Shown: positions 13,871-25,989, numbered from the stretch's first letter. The stretch is 64,000 nt of DNA from Lepidodermella squamata (GCA_047495785.1 JBLDXI010000009.1:1550001-1614000), one strand, 5' to 3'. Notes: generated from the sequence alone by a model not told the origin. Made by a program: numbers and translations.

Positions 13871-14166
13871 TGCGCTTAATACTACCTGAGTTCTTTTCAA
13901 TGTTTAGAATATAGTAGCTCTGTGATAACTAGCAGACTGAAGGCGGTTATAACCGCACTGATTACCACGCAATTTTCTCTGATAAATTATTATCTCATAT
14001 TTCAAGGAAATGAACCAAATTATATATATAAAAGGTTTTTAGGACAGGGCACGACGGTCGGTCAAAATATTATTCAGCCATTTTATTTCATCAATTTTCA
14101 TCAGTTTATTTAATAAGCAATTATTGTTAGTTAAAGGGCAGATTTTACGATCCATCTTGTCAGTTG

Positions 14167-14707
14167 CTAGACTCGCTTCAAGAATCTTTTGCACGTTACG
14201 GAACCTATTTTCATCGTCTAAAAGGGAATAATTATGAATGTTTTTGAAAATTTATTTAAACATGAAATTCGACCTACCATAACAAGTTCATCCCCTTCTA
14301 GCTCACGAATAACAGTATGAGGCTTGACGCTTCCATCAGTAGAGCCTGAATAGTCGATCGTCAATTTTCCGTCGTCCCAAGTCGTTGTAGCCTTGGCTAC
14401 TTTCATTCCGAACGTTAGTGCTTCGGTTGCAGTGCCTGTTAAGATTCAGTTGAGGAAAATATAAAGCTTATGTTGAAAAAGAACCTGAGTTAACCTCGAA
14501 ATCGCATGAATGCTTCATCATTGACGGAGATAGAGCCTTAATGGTGATGGTTTTATCATCATTCGCTACTATTTCAAAAACGGGGCTGATCTTCGAAATA
14601 ATTTTTCGCATTATCACATTCACTCCCATCTCACTCAGAAAAGCATCGAGATTTTCGCTGCGATCCACCTGCCACTTCCCAGCCAACGGTTGCCAAGGTG
14701 GAGACAT
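14167..14707 (-). CDS. FABP copy 2, 3 exons
   Basis: AGKWQVDRSENLDAFLSEMG...IRELEGDELVM|TMKIGSVTCKRFLKRV. Confidence 0.9.
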
Positions 14708-15255
14708 ACTATGGAGCTCAGATATGCTTTGAACTTGAGAGCTTGGCGTATTAGAGCTAAATTCACCGAAGCAACGCGGTGTTTAATAAGGAAATTTTGA
14801 CCCTACTGGAGACACTTTTTGAACAGCTATGAATGCGATGGTTCCCTTTGTAAACATTCTGAGTAGTAGTAGTAGTAGTAGTGGTAGTAGTAGTAGACAC
14901 CTGGAACCAAGCTGGAGCCAAGACATTTCTTTTATGCTTTCCACCGCTACGTTTTTATGAGAAAATACTGAGCTTTTTTTATAAAGATATTGTTTGAACA
15001 GTGACAGAATTGCCTGGTCTCTGGGTAATGAGCATAACACGTTTTTTGCGGTTTATGCCATCTCTGCAGGCTACTGACTCACCTGACTTCTGGCGGAAAA
15101 AATCAGTCATCAGGCGTCAACTTTCGGAAGTCCTCGATAGTTTTCGGATACCTTGGATACCTATTGTTAAACAGATTTGATAAAATCATAGTGATATTTA
15201 TTTGAAGCCACAAGTTATAATAACGGGGTAAATTGTCAGGTGTATCCCAACGTTG

Positions 15256-15823
15256 TCAGCCGATTCTCTTCAGGAATCGTTTGCAAGTCACGGAACCAAC
15301 TTTCATTGTCTGTAAGTGGATAATATAAGTTCTATTGTAAAAACAAACTCGGAAAACAACATACCATAACGAGTTCATCCCCATTAAGTTCACGGATAAC
15401 TTTGTGAGGCTTGACATCTCCATCGTCAGAGCCTGAGAAAGCGATCGTCAATTTCCCTTCTTCCCAAGTTGTTCGAGCTTTGACTTTCTTCTTGTTGAAC
15501 GCCAGCGCGTCGGTAGCTGTGCCTTCAGACAGAATATATAACGCTTGTTAAAATACCGATTAATGAAAACAGAAATATCACAAATTACCTGAGTTGACCG
15601 TGAAATCGCATGAATGTTTCAGCATTGGCGGAGAGAGCAGGTTTATGGTAACGATATCAGCATTCACCTTGATCTCAAACACCGGGCTAACTTTCGAGGC
15701 TATTTTGCGAAGTATGATATTCGCCCCCATCTCGCCCAGGAACGCTTCGAAATTTTCGCTGCGATCCACCTGCCATTTACCAGCTAGCGATTGCCAAGGA
15801 TAAGGCTCTGAAATCAGCGACAT
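15256..15823 (-). CDS. FABP copy 3, 3 exons (closest paralog of copy 2)
   Basis: AGKWQVDRSENFEAFLGEMG...|TMKVGSVTCKRFLKRIG. Confidence 0.9.
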
Positions 15824-15906
15824 TTCGTTCTATAGATAGCGTAGGTTCTGATGAATAGTTTAAACACTTGATTTTCCGAATGAAGATTTGCGATTTGTTT
15901 GAAGAG

Positions 15907-15914
15907 TTTATATA
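15907..15914 (-). promoter_or_regulatory. Candidate TATA box of FABP copy 3
   Basis: TATATAAA on the minus strand ~85 nt upstream of the ATG. Confidence 0.45.
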
Positions 15915-16184
15915 GGGCCAGCGACCCAAATCGAGACATTTTTTAACGCTCAAAACTTGATGGAACCTTTTTCATCTATTCTGAATTGTGAGTTTCGTGT
16001 ATGAACACGGTGACAATTTCTGCCCTAGTGGCAAGGCTTAGGCATTTATTTCTACCCAGGCTTGCCTCGACTTCAGGAAAACTGTCATGCGTCCAACAAA
16101 TTTATTACAACATCATAGAGGCAGCCAGAAAAGAGTGTGATAGGTTAGTTCCTTTTGCGGTGGATTGATGTGCGATCAGCATTT

Positions 16185-16725
16185 TCAGGGAATGCGCTTG
16201 AGAAAACGGCGGCATACCACGTCGCCAATGATTTGGGTCTTTAAGTATAGAACATATTAGATGCGGTAACTATTGCGAATCTGAAATCATACCTGAACAA
16301 GCTCATCCCCAACTAGCTCTCGAATGATCTTGTGCGGTTTGACTTCACCATCAGCGGAACCTAGAACAGATATGACCAACTTCCCGTCCTCCCAAGTCGC
16401 TTTGGCCTTTACATTTTTGCCACCCATAACCGTAGTTTCTACTTCGGCTCCTGAGATGAATACAGATGGGTCAATTAATTGAACGAAATTATTTTTATTT
16501 ACCATTTACAGGGAAGGTGTTCGAGGCCTTTGCAAACACCGGCGTCAGAATGTGAACAGTCAGATCAGTGCCTTCGGTAGTTATTTCAAAGGTACCGCCT
16601 GAATTGGCAGCTAGCTTCCTCACCATGAAATTAGCTCCCATTGCGCTGAGGAAAGCCTCGACGTTCTCACTGCGATCGATTTGCCATTTTCCGGCTAGAC
16701 CTTGCCAAGGATGCTCGCTGGACAT
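16185..16725 (-). CDS. FABP copy 4, 3 exons
   Basis: AGKWQIDRSENVEAFLSAMG...IRELVGDELVQ|TQIIGDVVCRRFLKRIP. Confidence 0.9.
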
Positions 16726-17089
16726 TTTCGAATAGGAAATATTTAAAATTTCAGCTGACTCCCTTTCGAGCTATACTGGAGGTGGTTTATGAAGATGAGA
16801 GTGCTCCGGAATAAGCCAAAAATTGAACTCTTTCAAGACAAAAAATAGGTATTATTTCTATACAGTTCTTGCAGGGCTTTAGCGTATGTTGTATAACGAT
16901 TTGTTTGTATAGCTGTCGTGCTGCCGGTATTCAAACGCAAAAAATGACTCAGTCGTGGGAAGCGAAAAATTATTGGATTTTTTTATTTGGATAGCAAGCC
17001 ATTTTTCATCCAGTCTGCCCAATATCCCTTGTTTTTCACGTCGAATTATAACACGCTGTCAAATTACTAAAAGCCGCACCGAAAGGATT

Positions 17090-17620
17090 TCATTGGACGC
17101 GCTTCAAATAGCGGTGACAGACAACATCGCCAATCTTATGCGTCTGAAAGGGAAAATACTGATGGGAAAGACGCGAAAATAACTGGAAGAGTCTTACCTG
17201 TACCATTTCCTCTCCAACTAATTCCCGAGTCACGACATGCGGCTTCACCTCGCCATCTGTGGAGCCCAGCACTGATACAACAAGTTTGCCATCCTGCCAA
17301 TCTGTTTTCGTTCGCAGTATTTTGCCAGTGACTGGAGTTTTAACCTCTGTCTCAGCTCCTAAAACCAAAATAAGTAAACTAAAACCGCAATGAATTTGTC
17401 GGTCTCACCTCTCACCTGAATTAACATGATGGGAAGTTGAGAAGTTGAGTGGCCCAGCGGAGACTTCGATAGTTAGCTTATCGCCATCTGTGCTGATTGT
17501 CATTGTCCCTCCGACAAATTTCGCGAAAAAAGGCGCATCGACGGCAGCCAAAAATTCATCGAGGTTTTCACTTCGCGAAACTTCCCATTTGCCAGCTAGA
17601 GCATCCCACGGGTTAGACAT
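17090..17620 (-). CDS. FABP copy 5, 3 exons
   Basis: MSNPWDALAGKWEVSRSENLDEFL...TRELVGEEMVQ|THKIGDVVCHRYLKRVQ. Confidence 0.9.
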
Positions 17621-17880
17621 ACTATAACGAAAGGTGAGAAAAACTGTAAAATGAGTAAATAACGGAATCCGAAGTTTGTTATGACATAAGGCCGTGCCTG
17701 AAAATGTAATATCAAGGGATGAAAAAACTGAAGATGATGATGGCTCCGCGGCACGCATTTCAGCTGGTTTGTTTTTTCCCCTCGTATTTTCGCCTGGTTT
17801 CGCTTCACTTTGCATCTAAAGAACATATCGTTGCGCGATGAATATAGCAGCTGCGAGAAAATCGATGGGAACGGCTAAAT

Positions 17881-18048
17881 TACTTTTATTCAACCAAAAC
17901 ATTTTACACTGCCCTCGACACAATTCAAAAATGTCCTCTTCAACGGCACGATAAAGCCTCGGCCTGAGGTAGTTTGTAATTAGCTTGTTTCATTTCGAGA
18001 ATATAGGAAGTCAGGTACGCGCTTCATGAATCGCTTGCACTGCAAACA
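17881..18048 (-). pseudogene. FABP relic: end of last exon plus 3'UTR, paralogous to copy 6
   Basis: Aligns by eye to 24252-24425 (tacttttattcaaccaaaacattttacactgccctc...) and encodes CKRFMKRVP; no upstream exons. Confidence 0.75.
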
Positions 18049-18197
18049 ACAGAAAGTGCCCGAACCGCAACCCTAACCGTTACGCTCTTTTCCGATGTTT
18101 GTCTATAGCTGAGGCACAATTCATTTACGCACGAACGATTTTTATTTGACTAATTTCCAAAAATTTCAACTTGAAACCATACTCAAAATCATAATGA

Positions 18198-19802
18198 TCA
18201 CAACATGAACAAAAACAAAAAGACGAAAAGAATGAGGACGAAAAAGCTTAACAGAAAGTAGTACACCGTCAAAAACAATATGCCAAAAGCCTGTTTTGAG
18301 AGCATAGGAAAAATTCCGGGCCCAAGAACAGCTGTTGATAGCATTAGCAGGATGAGATAGATGTCAGACGGTGAGCAACGATAGCCGCAGTCATAGGGTT
18401 TGTAGTCCCGCGCGTAGTCCCATGTCAGCATTAGTAGGTAGATGGCCCATAGAGAAAACGATGCAACGATTCCATGGCTTAAATCTCGGGGCGATGTCCA
18501 GCCGACGTAGGACATTGTCACATAAATGGCAGTCGAAGCACCTCGAATGATAATATTTGCACGGTTAACACCTTGGTCATCCCAACTGCGCCCTGTCGAA
18601 GAATTCCAGCGTCGATCCCTAAAAAAGGCTTTGTCGCACTTGAATAGTATATACAGACAGACCCAGCTGATTAGCAACTCAGGAAAAATGAAACTGCCAC
18701 TGGCTGTCAGAAAAAATCCAAGAAAAATTGACAGCAATCGAAACGGCTGTATTATGCTGTACATCGCGTGTACATGCAAATTCAATTCTGATTTAGGAAT
18801 GAAGAACGATGGTAATAGAATAAGGAAGACGATACTCGCCAACAAATCAATGGACTGTATCGGCAGTGAAGGTGAAGACATTAAATGCACAATGGTTATT
18901 GCAAAAATTTGACATTCAACAGCTCCAAAATGATGAAGCTTAAAAGATCCAAAGTCATCGATATCCTTAAATTTAGCTGGTGAAATAGCAACAACAGCGG
19001 CTAAAGCAAATAGGCAAGGAGCTAAATCAGCTGAAATGCCTGAAGCCATAAATTCGGGAAGAACAATCCGCAGTTTTTCATTAGTTATTTCTAAAAATTT
19101 AACGTAAAATTTCGGAGCGGCGAAAATCGCGCCTGAATTTGACAAAGACCAAGCAGCAATTGCATAGAAGAATATTAAAAATGATGATAAGGTAAATACA
19201 GCGCTGTAACACATCGGATATGAATGTGGCACACGTCGACAATAGTCCTCAATGTAGTTGTTTTTCAATCTTGATTCCCAAAATTCAACTTTAACTTTAA
19301 TGCGTTGCATTTTGAATAATGCAAACATAACGTAGCTAATGTTGACCGTCATCCACACAGTTCCGTTGTAACCGAAGATGATTTGTTGCACAAAGACAAG
19401 GATAATAGCGGCAAATAGCATTGGCAAGTTACCTAGGATTAGATTGCTTGCAAATCGGCTCACTGAGTCAAAAGCGGCGTGGGTTGCAGTTATAGCAGCG
19501 TTTGGCAGAGCTTGAACAGTTGCCACGCCTAAATCACGTCCAACCCCACGAGCAAGCTCTTGAATTTCGCCGCTATCGAGACGCTGGCGAACGGATGAGA
19601 TGAAGTTTTCAGTAGCAGCAAGACCCATATTGCGACCAGCATCTGCAGCCGTTCGGGCCATGTTGCCATTTTCGAACTGGCGGGTGATGTTGTTGGCAGC
19701 TTCAGAGCCGGCGTTGCGACCCAGGTCTTGAAATGCGCCAGTCTTTGACAATTCTCTAGCAGCCTCAACACCAGCGTCCCGGCCAGCATCTTCGAGGACC
19801 AT
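18198..19802 (-). CDS. Unrecognised multi-pass membrane protein A (intronless CDS)
   Basis: ~534 aa from MVLEDAGRDAG; N-terminal GR[DN]xG repeats then ~10 hydrophobic segments; paralog at 20639-22411. Confidence 0.8.
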   Translation of the reverse strand: MVLEDAGRDAGVEAARELSKTGAFQDLGRNAGSEAANNITRQFENGNMARTAADAGRNMGLAATENFISSVRQRLDSGEIQELARGVGRDLGVATVQALPNAAITATHAAFDSVSRFASNLILGNLPMLFAAIILVFVQQIIFGYNGTVWMTVNISYVMFALFKMQRIKVKVEFWESRLKNNYIEDYCRRVPHSYPMCYSAVFTLSSFLIFFYAIAAWSLSNSGAIFAAPKFYVKFLEITNEKLRIVLPEFMASGISADLAPCLFALAAVVAISPAKFKDIDDFGSFKLHHFGAVECQIFAITIVHLMSSPSLPIQSIDLLASIVFLILLPSFFIPKSELNLHVHAMYSIIQPFRLLSIFLGFFLTASGSFIFPELLISWVCLYILFKCDKAFFRDRRWNSSTGRSWDDQGVNRANIIIRGASTAIYVTMSYVGWTSPRDLSHGIVASFSLWAIYLLMLTWDYARDYKPYDCGYRCSPSDIYLILLMLSTAVLGPGIFPMLSKQAFGILFLTVYYFLLSFFVLILFVFLFLFML

Positions 19803-19953
19803 GTTTTTTAATATACTAAAAAAAAAAACACGAAAATACTCAAAATTATAGGCAGAAGTGTAATGAACCAAATTGCAACTAATATCAACTGTCGCATCGG
19901 TTGGGACCAGAAACGAATAGATATAAGGTCATCATAAACACATAAGGTCATCA

Positions 19954-20509
19954 TTAACAAGTGAAAAGTGGGGTTTGGCGTATTTTCTCTATTTTCCAGC
20001 AAATGGCAAATTGTGTTTTGACTTGAAGAGGGACGATTCTTGGGATCCTACAAGTTCTTACGTCAAATTTCAGACCTCTAGGGGGCTCCCTTAAAAGAGG
20101 GGAGGCTCTAGAGTGTCGCCGAAGAGATTATCGATTTAGGTTGAAGTGGAAGCACTAGCTCGATTTAATCAAAGTTATTGAATAACTTGCCAGAATCCTA
20201 AAAAATCTCGAATGCGCGTAAGAAAATGAGTCGTGGCGAGATCGTTTCAAAAATTTCCTTGAGGCAATCGACTACGACGTCCTGCATATTCGCGGCTTCT
20301 ACGACATCATTGGCTCAATTTTTTAAGCGCGCATTTTTCGAAATTAGCAATTTTCACCCGTAAACTTTCAAACCAATTTTCTCAGTATAACCCTGATGAC
20401 AATTAGCCTCTTTTTGATATCGTTCGACTAAACGTTCATTGATCTTGAAAGTGGCACCAAAATCTCACGATGTCAAAAATGTCGCCAAACCCCACTTTTC
20501 GCTTGTTAA
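19954..20509. mobile_element. Non-autonomous TIR element carrying a host-gene fragment
   Basis: ttaacaagtgaaaagtggggtttggcg (19954-19980) is the inverted copy of 20483-20509 (26/27); both ends are TTAA; a solo copy of the left end lies at ~45554-45620. Confidence 0.7.
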
Positions 20510-20638
20510 CGAACTTGAACGATTAACCGTTTCACATTACTATTGCATTTATTATTGTTTCAACGTCTGAAACAATGTAGAAGAAAAACAGAAGAAACAC
20601 AAACGACGCAAATACTGAATACATATAGAGGAGATTCG

Positions 20639-22411
20639 CTACCTGATAAATCCCATGCGTACGGCCCATAGTGGAACCCCCTCCTCCTTCTCAAGTTTAA
20701 CACAGGCGTCTCCACCTCTTTTCATAACAGGAATTGAGTTAATTTTTTCAGGGTTGAATGCAGGAGTACAGCTAAGTATTTTCATTGCAACCAACATTGC
20801 TAAATGGACAAGAAGAAATTTTAACAAGATATGGAAAATGTCATCTGAAGATGGGTTGACAAAAATCAGAAGCAGAATTGGTAAGATAAAGGTTGCAACT
20901 ACTAGCCGGTACAGGAAAATTCCAAGTTCTTGGCGCCAAACAGAAAACCATTTTAACGTGTAAGGAGTGACTGTTCTATCTGTCTGCAAACGACACACGT
21001 AGATTATCCATATAACAACACAAATGATATAAGCACAAATCGCAGACGAGTTCGACGTCCATTCAACATATTGAAAGCTCAGAAGTATAGCCGTTGTCCC
21101 TCCACGAATGAAAACGATGTCGTAGAAGCCGCGAATATGCATAATGTCGTAATCGATTGCCTCAAGGAAATTTTTGAAACGATCTCGCCGCGATTCAATT
21201 GTCTTATATTGCTTACACTGGTCACCTCCGCGAGTAATTCCAAACCACAAGAGCCAAGTGAGGACCATTTCAGGTAAAACGAGCCAGCCACTAGTCTTGA
21301 TAAATACGCCGTAACTAAGGGACGTGGCTCGGAAGAGATTGTTCAAGAATTGTTCACTCCAATCTGTTTCCGAGCGTTGGGCTGGAATTAGAGATAAACC
21401 GATTGTCAGGAAAAAGATACTTGCCTGAACGTCAACAGACGGAATGACGAAACTAGCGGATAGCAAGTGTCCTATAGCAATTGCAGCCAATTGACACTGA
21501 ACGGCACTAATAGTTTCTCCTCCATTTCCCGCGTTAGATTTAGTTTGTTGTCTAACAGGCGTAAACAGGTAGACAACCAAAATTGCAAAGAGACACGGAA
21601 CAATCTCAGCAGATAACTCAGGAGAAATTAGCCCTTTTGACGGCGAGAGTGAAATTGCAGATCGAAGAAATCTGAGATAGAATTTCGGTGTTTCGAAGAT
21701 CGCTTCAGAATCGTGTGGAGACGAAAGTCGTAACAGAAAAATCAGAAATGAAGATCCAATAAAGATTGCGTTGTAATACATCCGGTAAGTCGCAGGCATT
21801 CCACGGTGGCGGCTTCCGTATTGATTGACTGACTTCCACTTTTGACTGATTTGAAAGTAAGCATAAAGTGCAAAACTGACATTAACAGAAGCCCAAACTG
21901 CTTGGTTGTAGCTGAAAACGACCTGTTGAACAGTGACGAAGAAACTGATCGCTACAAACATTGGAAGAGCTCCGAGGAAGAAAGAGCTTGTTCTTTGATT
22001 GACAACTTCTAGAACGCCGTCTGTTGCTTGTCTAGCTGCGTTTGGCAGCTCATGAACAGCAGCCGATCCGAAATCACGTCCTACAGATTGCGCTATATTG
22101 TTCAATTCGCCGCTGTCGAAAAGATAGCGGACGAAGCTGACCAACTTCTCAGTCGCGGCGAGACCGACGTTTCGGCCTAGTTCGGAAGCAACTCGAGCTA
22201 CGTTGCCGTTTTCGAGCTGACGCTCGAATGCTTTGGCAGCTTCGGCGCCAACGTTTCGGCCTATGTCTTTGCCGACATCTGATTTGCCGATTTCTTTAGC
22301 AGCCTCGACGCCTGCGTTCCGAGCGACGCTTTTGCCGCCTCCACCGAAGAGCCAACCACTTGCAACAGCGGCCAAGACTGCAATTACCGCACAGGTCACG
22401 GGCTCGACCAT
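20639..22411 (-). CDS. Unrecognised multi-pass membrane protein B (intronless CDS)
   Basis: ~590 aa from MVEPVTCAVIAVLAAV (signal/anchor); same N-terminal repeats as A; shared motifs LPNAA, LPM(L)F, PKFY, IRG. Confidence 0.8.
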   Translation of the reverse strand: MVEPVTCAVIAVLAAVASGWLFGGGGKSVARNAGVEAAKEIGKSDVGKDIGRNVGAEAAKAFERQLENGNVARVASELGRNVGLAATEKLVSFVRYLFDSGELNNIAQSVGRDFGSAAVHELPNAARQATDGVLEVVNQRTSSFFLGALPMFVAISFFVTVQQVVFSYNQAVWASVNVSFALYAYFQISQKWKSVNQYGSRHRGMPATYRMYYNAIFIGSSFLIFLLRLSSPHDSEAIFETPKFYLRFLRSAISLSPSKGLISPELSAEIVPCLFAILVVYLFTPVRQQTKSNAGNGGETISAVQCQLAAIAIGHLLSASFVIPSVDVQASIFFLTIGLSLIPAQRSETDWSEQFLNNLFRATSLSYGVFIKTSGWLVLPEMVLTWLLWFGITRGGDQCKQYKTIESRRDRFKNFLEAIDYDIMHIRGFYDIVFIRGGTTAILLSFQYVEWTSNSSAICAYIICVVIWIIYVCRLQTDRTVTPYTLKWFSVWRQELGIFLYRLVVATFILPILLLIFVNPSSDDIFHILLKFLLVHLAMLVAMKILSCTPAFNPEKINSIPVMKRGGDACVKLEKEEGVPLWAVRMGFIR

Positions 22412-23132
22412 TTTCAACAAAAATCTCAAATTCACACACTAGAAAACAGAGGATTGGGGCTAGAATTACAGGGGGTTACTATTTAAGGTACATGAAATAC
22501 GGTATGATGCGTATGTTGTTCTCTGCGTGGCTGTTCTAATGCGAACACATTTTTCTTATTACCAACCACAAACGTCGAAAAGGCAGCTCATTTTTTACTG
22601 GCATTGCGCTGTTATGTATTATAGCGTATTTAATGGCGAGGCATTTTTTTCGCCTGATTCATATTCACAAAAAGTGAGCTCTTCAAAACATGCGAACTCA
22701 GAACTGCTGGGCGTATTAATGAGGCTTAGAGTCTAGTGCTATCGCGCGATTTTCAAATTTGATGATTCATATTAAATCTCAGCTGTTGGGAATTTTCTAC
22801 CTATAACCTCTAACATAGAATGTAGAGGTTTATTACACTTTGGTAAAAGATGAATCATAATATTGTGATGTTGTTTTTTGTTGATTTTTTTCCTGCCTTC
22901 GTTGCTTCGCGGATCTTCGAGAAAATACGCTTTTATCAAAGTCTAGGGTACATTTATTTATTATTATTTTATATTACTTATATTACTTATTTGTACGTGT
23001 GCCCTCTGCACAAAAAAAATCAAAATCCAGCAAATCAACGGCCAAGTTAGAGCTGGAATGCCTCATTTCGGCCGCTTCCTAAATTCGGCCGCTGCGACCT
23101 AGTTTCGGCCATCGGCCGAAATTTGGACACTA

Positions 23133-23775
23133 CCGTGGCGTGGGGTAACTTGGCCGTAAAAGTCGCCTTCTGGTCGATTTCACATCGAAAAAAACCTTGT
23201 TAACGAAATTCTTTTCATAGGAACATTCCTTGCCACCTGAGCTACAACTCCCTTTTTACCGAATTCGAAAATCGTTTATCAAATGACAAGGTAGGTCAGT
23301 ACCAACTCGGTCATTTTAGGCGCTGAGACTTTGAGCGTTTGTAACAAGGAATTGTGGGGATCGGAGGAAGACGCCGTTTTCACAGAAAGATTCCTCTCGG
23401 TGATATCTTTTCAAATGACACCTTGAATTCAGAAAACTGAAGCGAGCGATAATTACCTGAATTTTTTTGGAGCAACTTGGCTGATTTTTAACGTGCGAAA
23501 TGCGCACTTAAATTTGGCCTAGACATGAGAGGGCGTGATGAATCATCGTCCTAGTTTCTGCACGATGGTTCATCGCCAAGTGAAAAAAGCCATGCGGCCA
23601 AGTTACCCCACTTGGTCAAGATCACTTCAACCTCCACAGAATTGATTGCTTTTATCTGTTGTCGACCGGGTTTTGACCAATTGATCGAGAATTGAACGGA
23701 GATTTTTTCGTATAAAATTTAAAGCGAAACCAGTTACCGGAGACGTAAAGTTACCCCGGCCAAGTTACCCCACGC
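23133..23775. mobile_element. MITE-like element, possibly pogo/Tc1-type
   Basis: 19-bp inverted repeat gcgtggggtaacttggccg (23138-23156) / cggccaagttaccccacgc (23757-23775), internal copy near 23596; left end follows TA; right terminus eroded. Confidence 0.55.
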
Positions 23776-24384
23776 AATTCAAGAAATTATCATTGTTTTG
23801 AGCCAATCTGATTCATGATTTTTCAAGCACGTGATCGCAAAAAATAATTACAAATGCGGGCGAGAGGGCTCATGTCGTTTCTCAAGTGCTTTGTTACCAT
23901 AAACACCACAGGTTCAGGCATCACGTCGTCAAGGAAAAGCTCACAGGTAAATAAACAAAGGCGATTTCCATACTCGGCTTGCCGAGTCGAATTTAACGTT
24001 ATCAAACTTGAAGTATTTGCGTGATTGGATGAGGTATTGTCCGAAATTAGGGCACCAGGTCAGGAGTCTAGGTGACTACAAAATTAGCCAAAAATCAAGG
24101 TAAAATCGTCCGGACTTGCGGAAACCGGCATTCAATAGCCAAAGAACTCCTCTATAATTCTGCATTTGCCGAATATTATCTAAAAATCACAAATCACCTG
24201 GCTGGCAAAGTAGAAAAAACACAAAAAGAGGCCAAATTTAGGGCCGGATGCTCTACTTTTATTCAACCAAAACATTTTACACTGCCCTCGGCAGAATTCA
24301 AAAATGTCCTTTTCAACGGCACAATAAAGTTTAGGCTTGAGGTAGTTCATAATTAGCCGCAGTTCATTTCGAGATTTTAAGAAG

Positions 24385-24878
24385 TCAAGCCTGGGGTACA
24401 CGTTTCATGTATCGCTTGCAAACAACATCTCCCACTTCCATCGTCTGTAAATAAAACCGTAAAAAAATTTTAATTTTAAAAATTTATTGACCTGGATAAA
24501 GGTATCGCCCTGCAATTCACGCGTGATTTTCTGCGGCTTGATCGAGCCATCAGCAGACGCCGACATCTCCATAACGAGTTTGTTGCCGTCTTGCCACATG
24601 GTTTTCGCCTTAACCACCTTGCCGCCTTGGAATTCCGCTTGGGTCTCGTCGCCATTCACCGCAAAAGTGTTAGGTTTGCTCGGCATAAATGAAGACACAA
24701 CGTTGATGGTCAACTTATCATTGTCAACTGCCATGTCGACAGTTCCTTTTGATAGAGAGGCCATTTTTCGGACGAGAAAATTAGCCCCCATTTCACCGAG
24801 GAACGCCTCGAAATTTTCATTACGCTCACACTGCCAGCGACCAGCAAAGCCTTGCCACGGGTTCTGAGATTCAGTCAT
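24385..24878 (-). CDS. FABP copy 6, 2 exons
   Basis: MTESQNPWQGFAGRWQCERNENFEAFL...TRELQGDTFIQ|TMEVGDVVCKRYMKRVPQA; single intron 24445-24491. Confidence 0.9.
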
Positions 24879-25076
24879 GACTTCACGGGAATAAAAAATA
24901 AACCCTATCAAACTTGATCGATTTATTTTAAACAAAAGTGAGAGGTTAAAAGCTGATAAAAGAGATAATAATTTTAGAACTATCACTCGGCAGAGGAGAT
25001 TTTTCGGCTTATATTAAGAACAGGGGTGATAAAGTTGAAAAGGCTTCTGGTCATGAGATTTAGCTCTTGTGAAAAA

Positions 25077-25573
25077 TTAATCGCTTCGCTTGAGGTAGCG
25101 GCGGCAAACAATTGAGCCGATTTCCATAGTCTGCGAAACAAGGATGACAAAATTTCAGATTATCATGCGCTATAATATTGATCAGTATTTACCTGCACAA
25201 GTTCGTCTCCAACAATTTCACGAGTTATCTTTTGCGGTTTGATGTGGCCATCTTCCGACTGAGATAGGTGCATGATGAGTTTGCCGTTTTCCCACGTTGT
25301 TTTCGCTTTCACATTCTTACCGCTGAAGGTCGCCGGGGTTTCGGGTCCATTAACGTGAAATGTATTCGGCGCGATTGAGATGAAAGACGACAGAACGTGA
25401 ATTGTAATTTTGTCACCATCGACGATCACTTCGACGAGGCCTTTCGACATGCCTGCCATTTTTCGAATGAAGAAATTCGCGCCCATTTCCCGAAGAAAAT
25501 CGTCGAAATTTTCGCTTCGTTCGACGTGCCATTTGCCAGCAAACACTTTCCATGGATTTTCTTCAGATGCCAT
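25077..25573 (-). CDS. FABP copy 7, 2 exons
   Basis: MASEENPWKVFAGKWHVERSENFDDFL...TREIVGDELVQ|TMEIGSIVCRRYLKRSD. Confidence 0.9.
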
Positions 25574-25989
25574 TGTTGTAAAGCCGGCGATGAGACTCGT
25601 CAATAAAATTGTAAAACTTACAAAATCAGAGCAATATTGCATAGTTATAGTGTCAATATCTTATTCTTTCTTTCAAAATGAGATGATTTATTGAAGAAAA
25701 CGAAGCAACGAATCAAACGTTTAAATACAGGCAAACAAACAAAGTATGATACAAATTGACCGGACACGAGGCAGCCTTAAAGCGACGATCATCTCTATGT
25801 CAAACAAAAAAATCACGGTGGTCCATTGATAAAATTCATCAAAACAAGGCGGGCGCGCGAAAATTCGTGCACTTGAATGATTGACGAAGCGAAAATACAA
25901 ATAAAACAATCAGTTTTAAAATTAGCTTGATATCTGTAGGCAGTCGCGGAATGTAAGCGCGTTTTAGCTATACATGATTGATCATCTAT

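Noticed and set aside
14861-14896. (AGT)n tract generating poly-Leu ORF 14783-15040
   Set aside because: Simple microsatellite with no coding support.
25574-25642. Signal peptide on FABP copy 7 (secreted SAHS-like form)
   Set aside because: The upstream ATG lies directly after a TATA-like motif and is probably not transcribed; paralogs start at the downstream Met. Needs 5' RACE to exclude fully.
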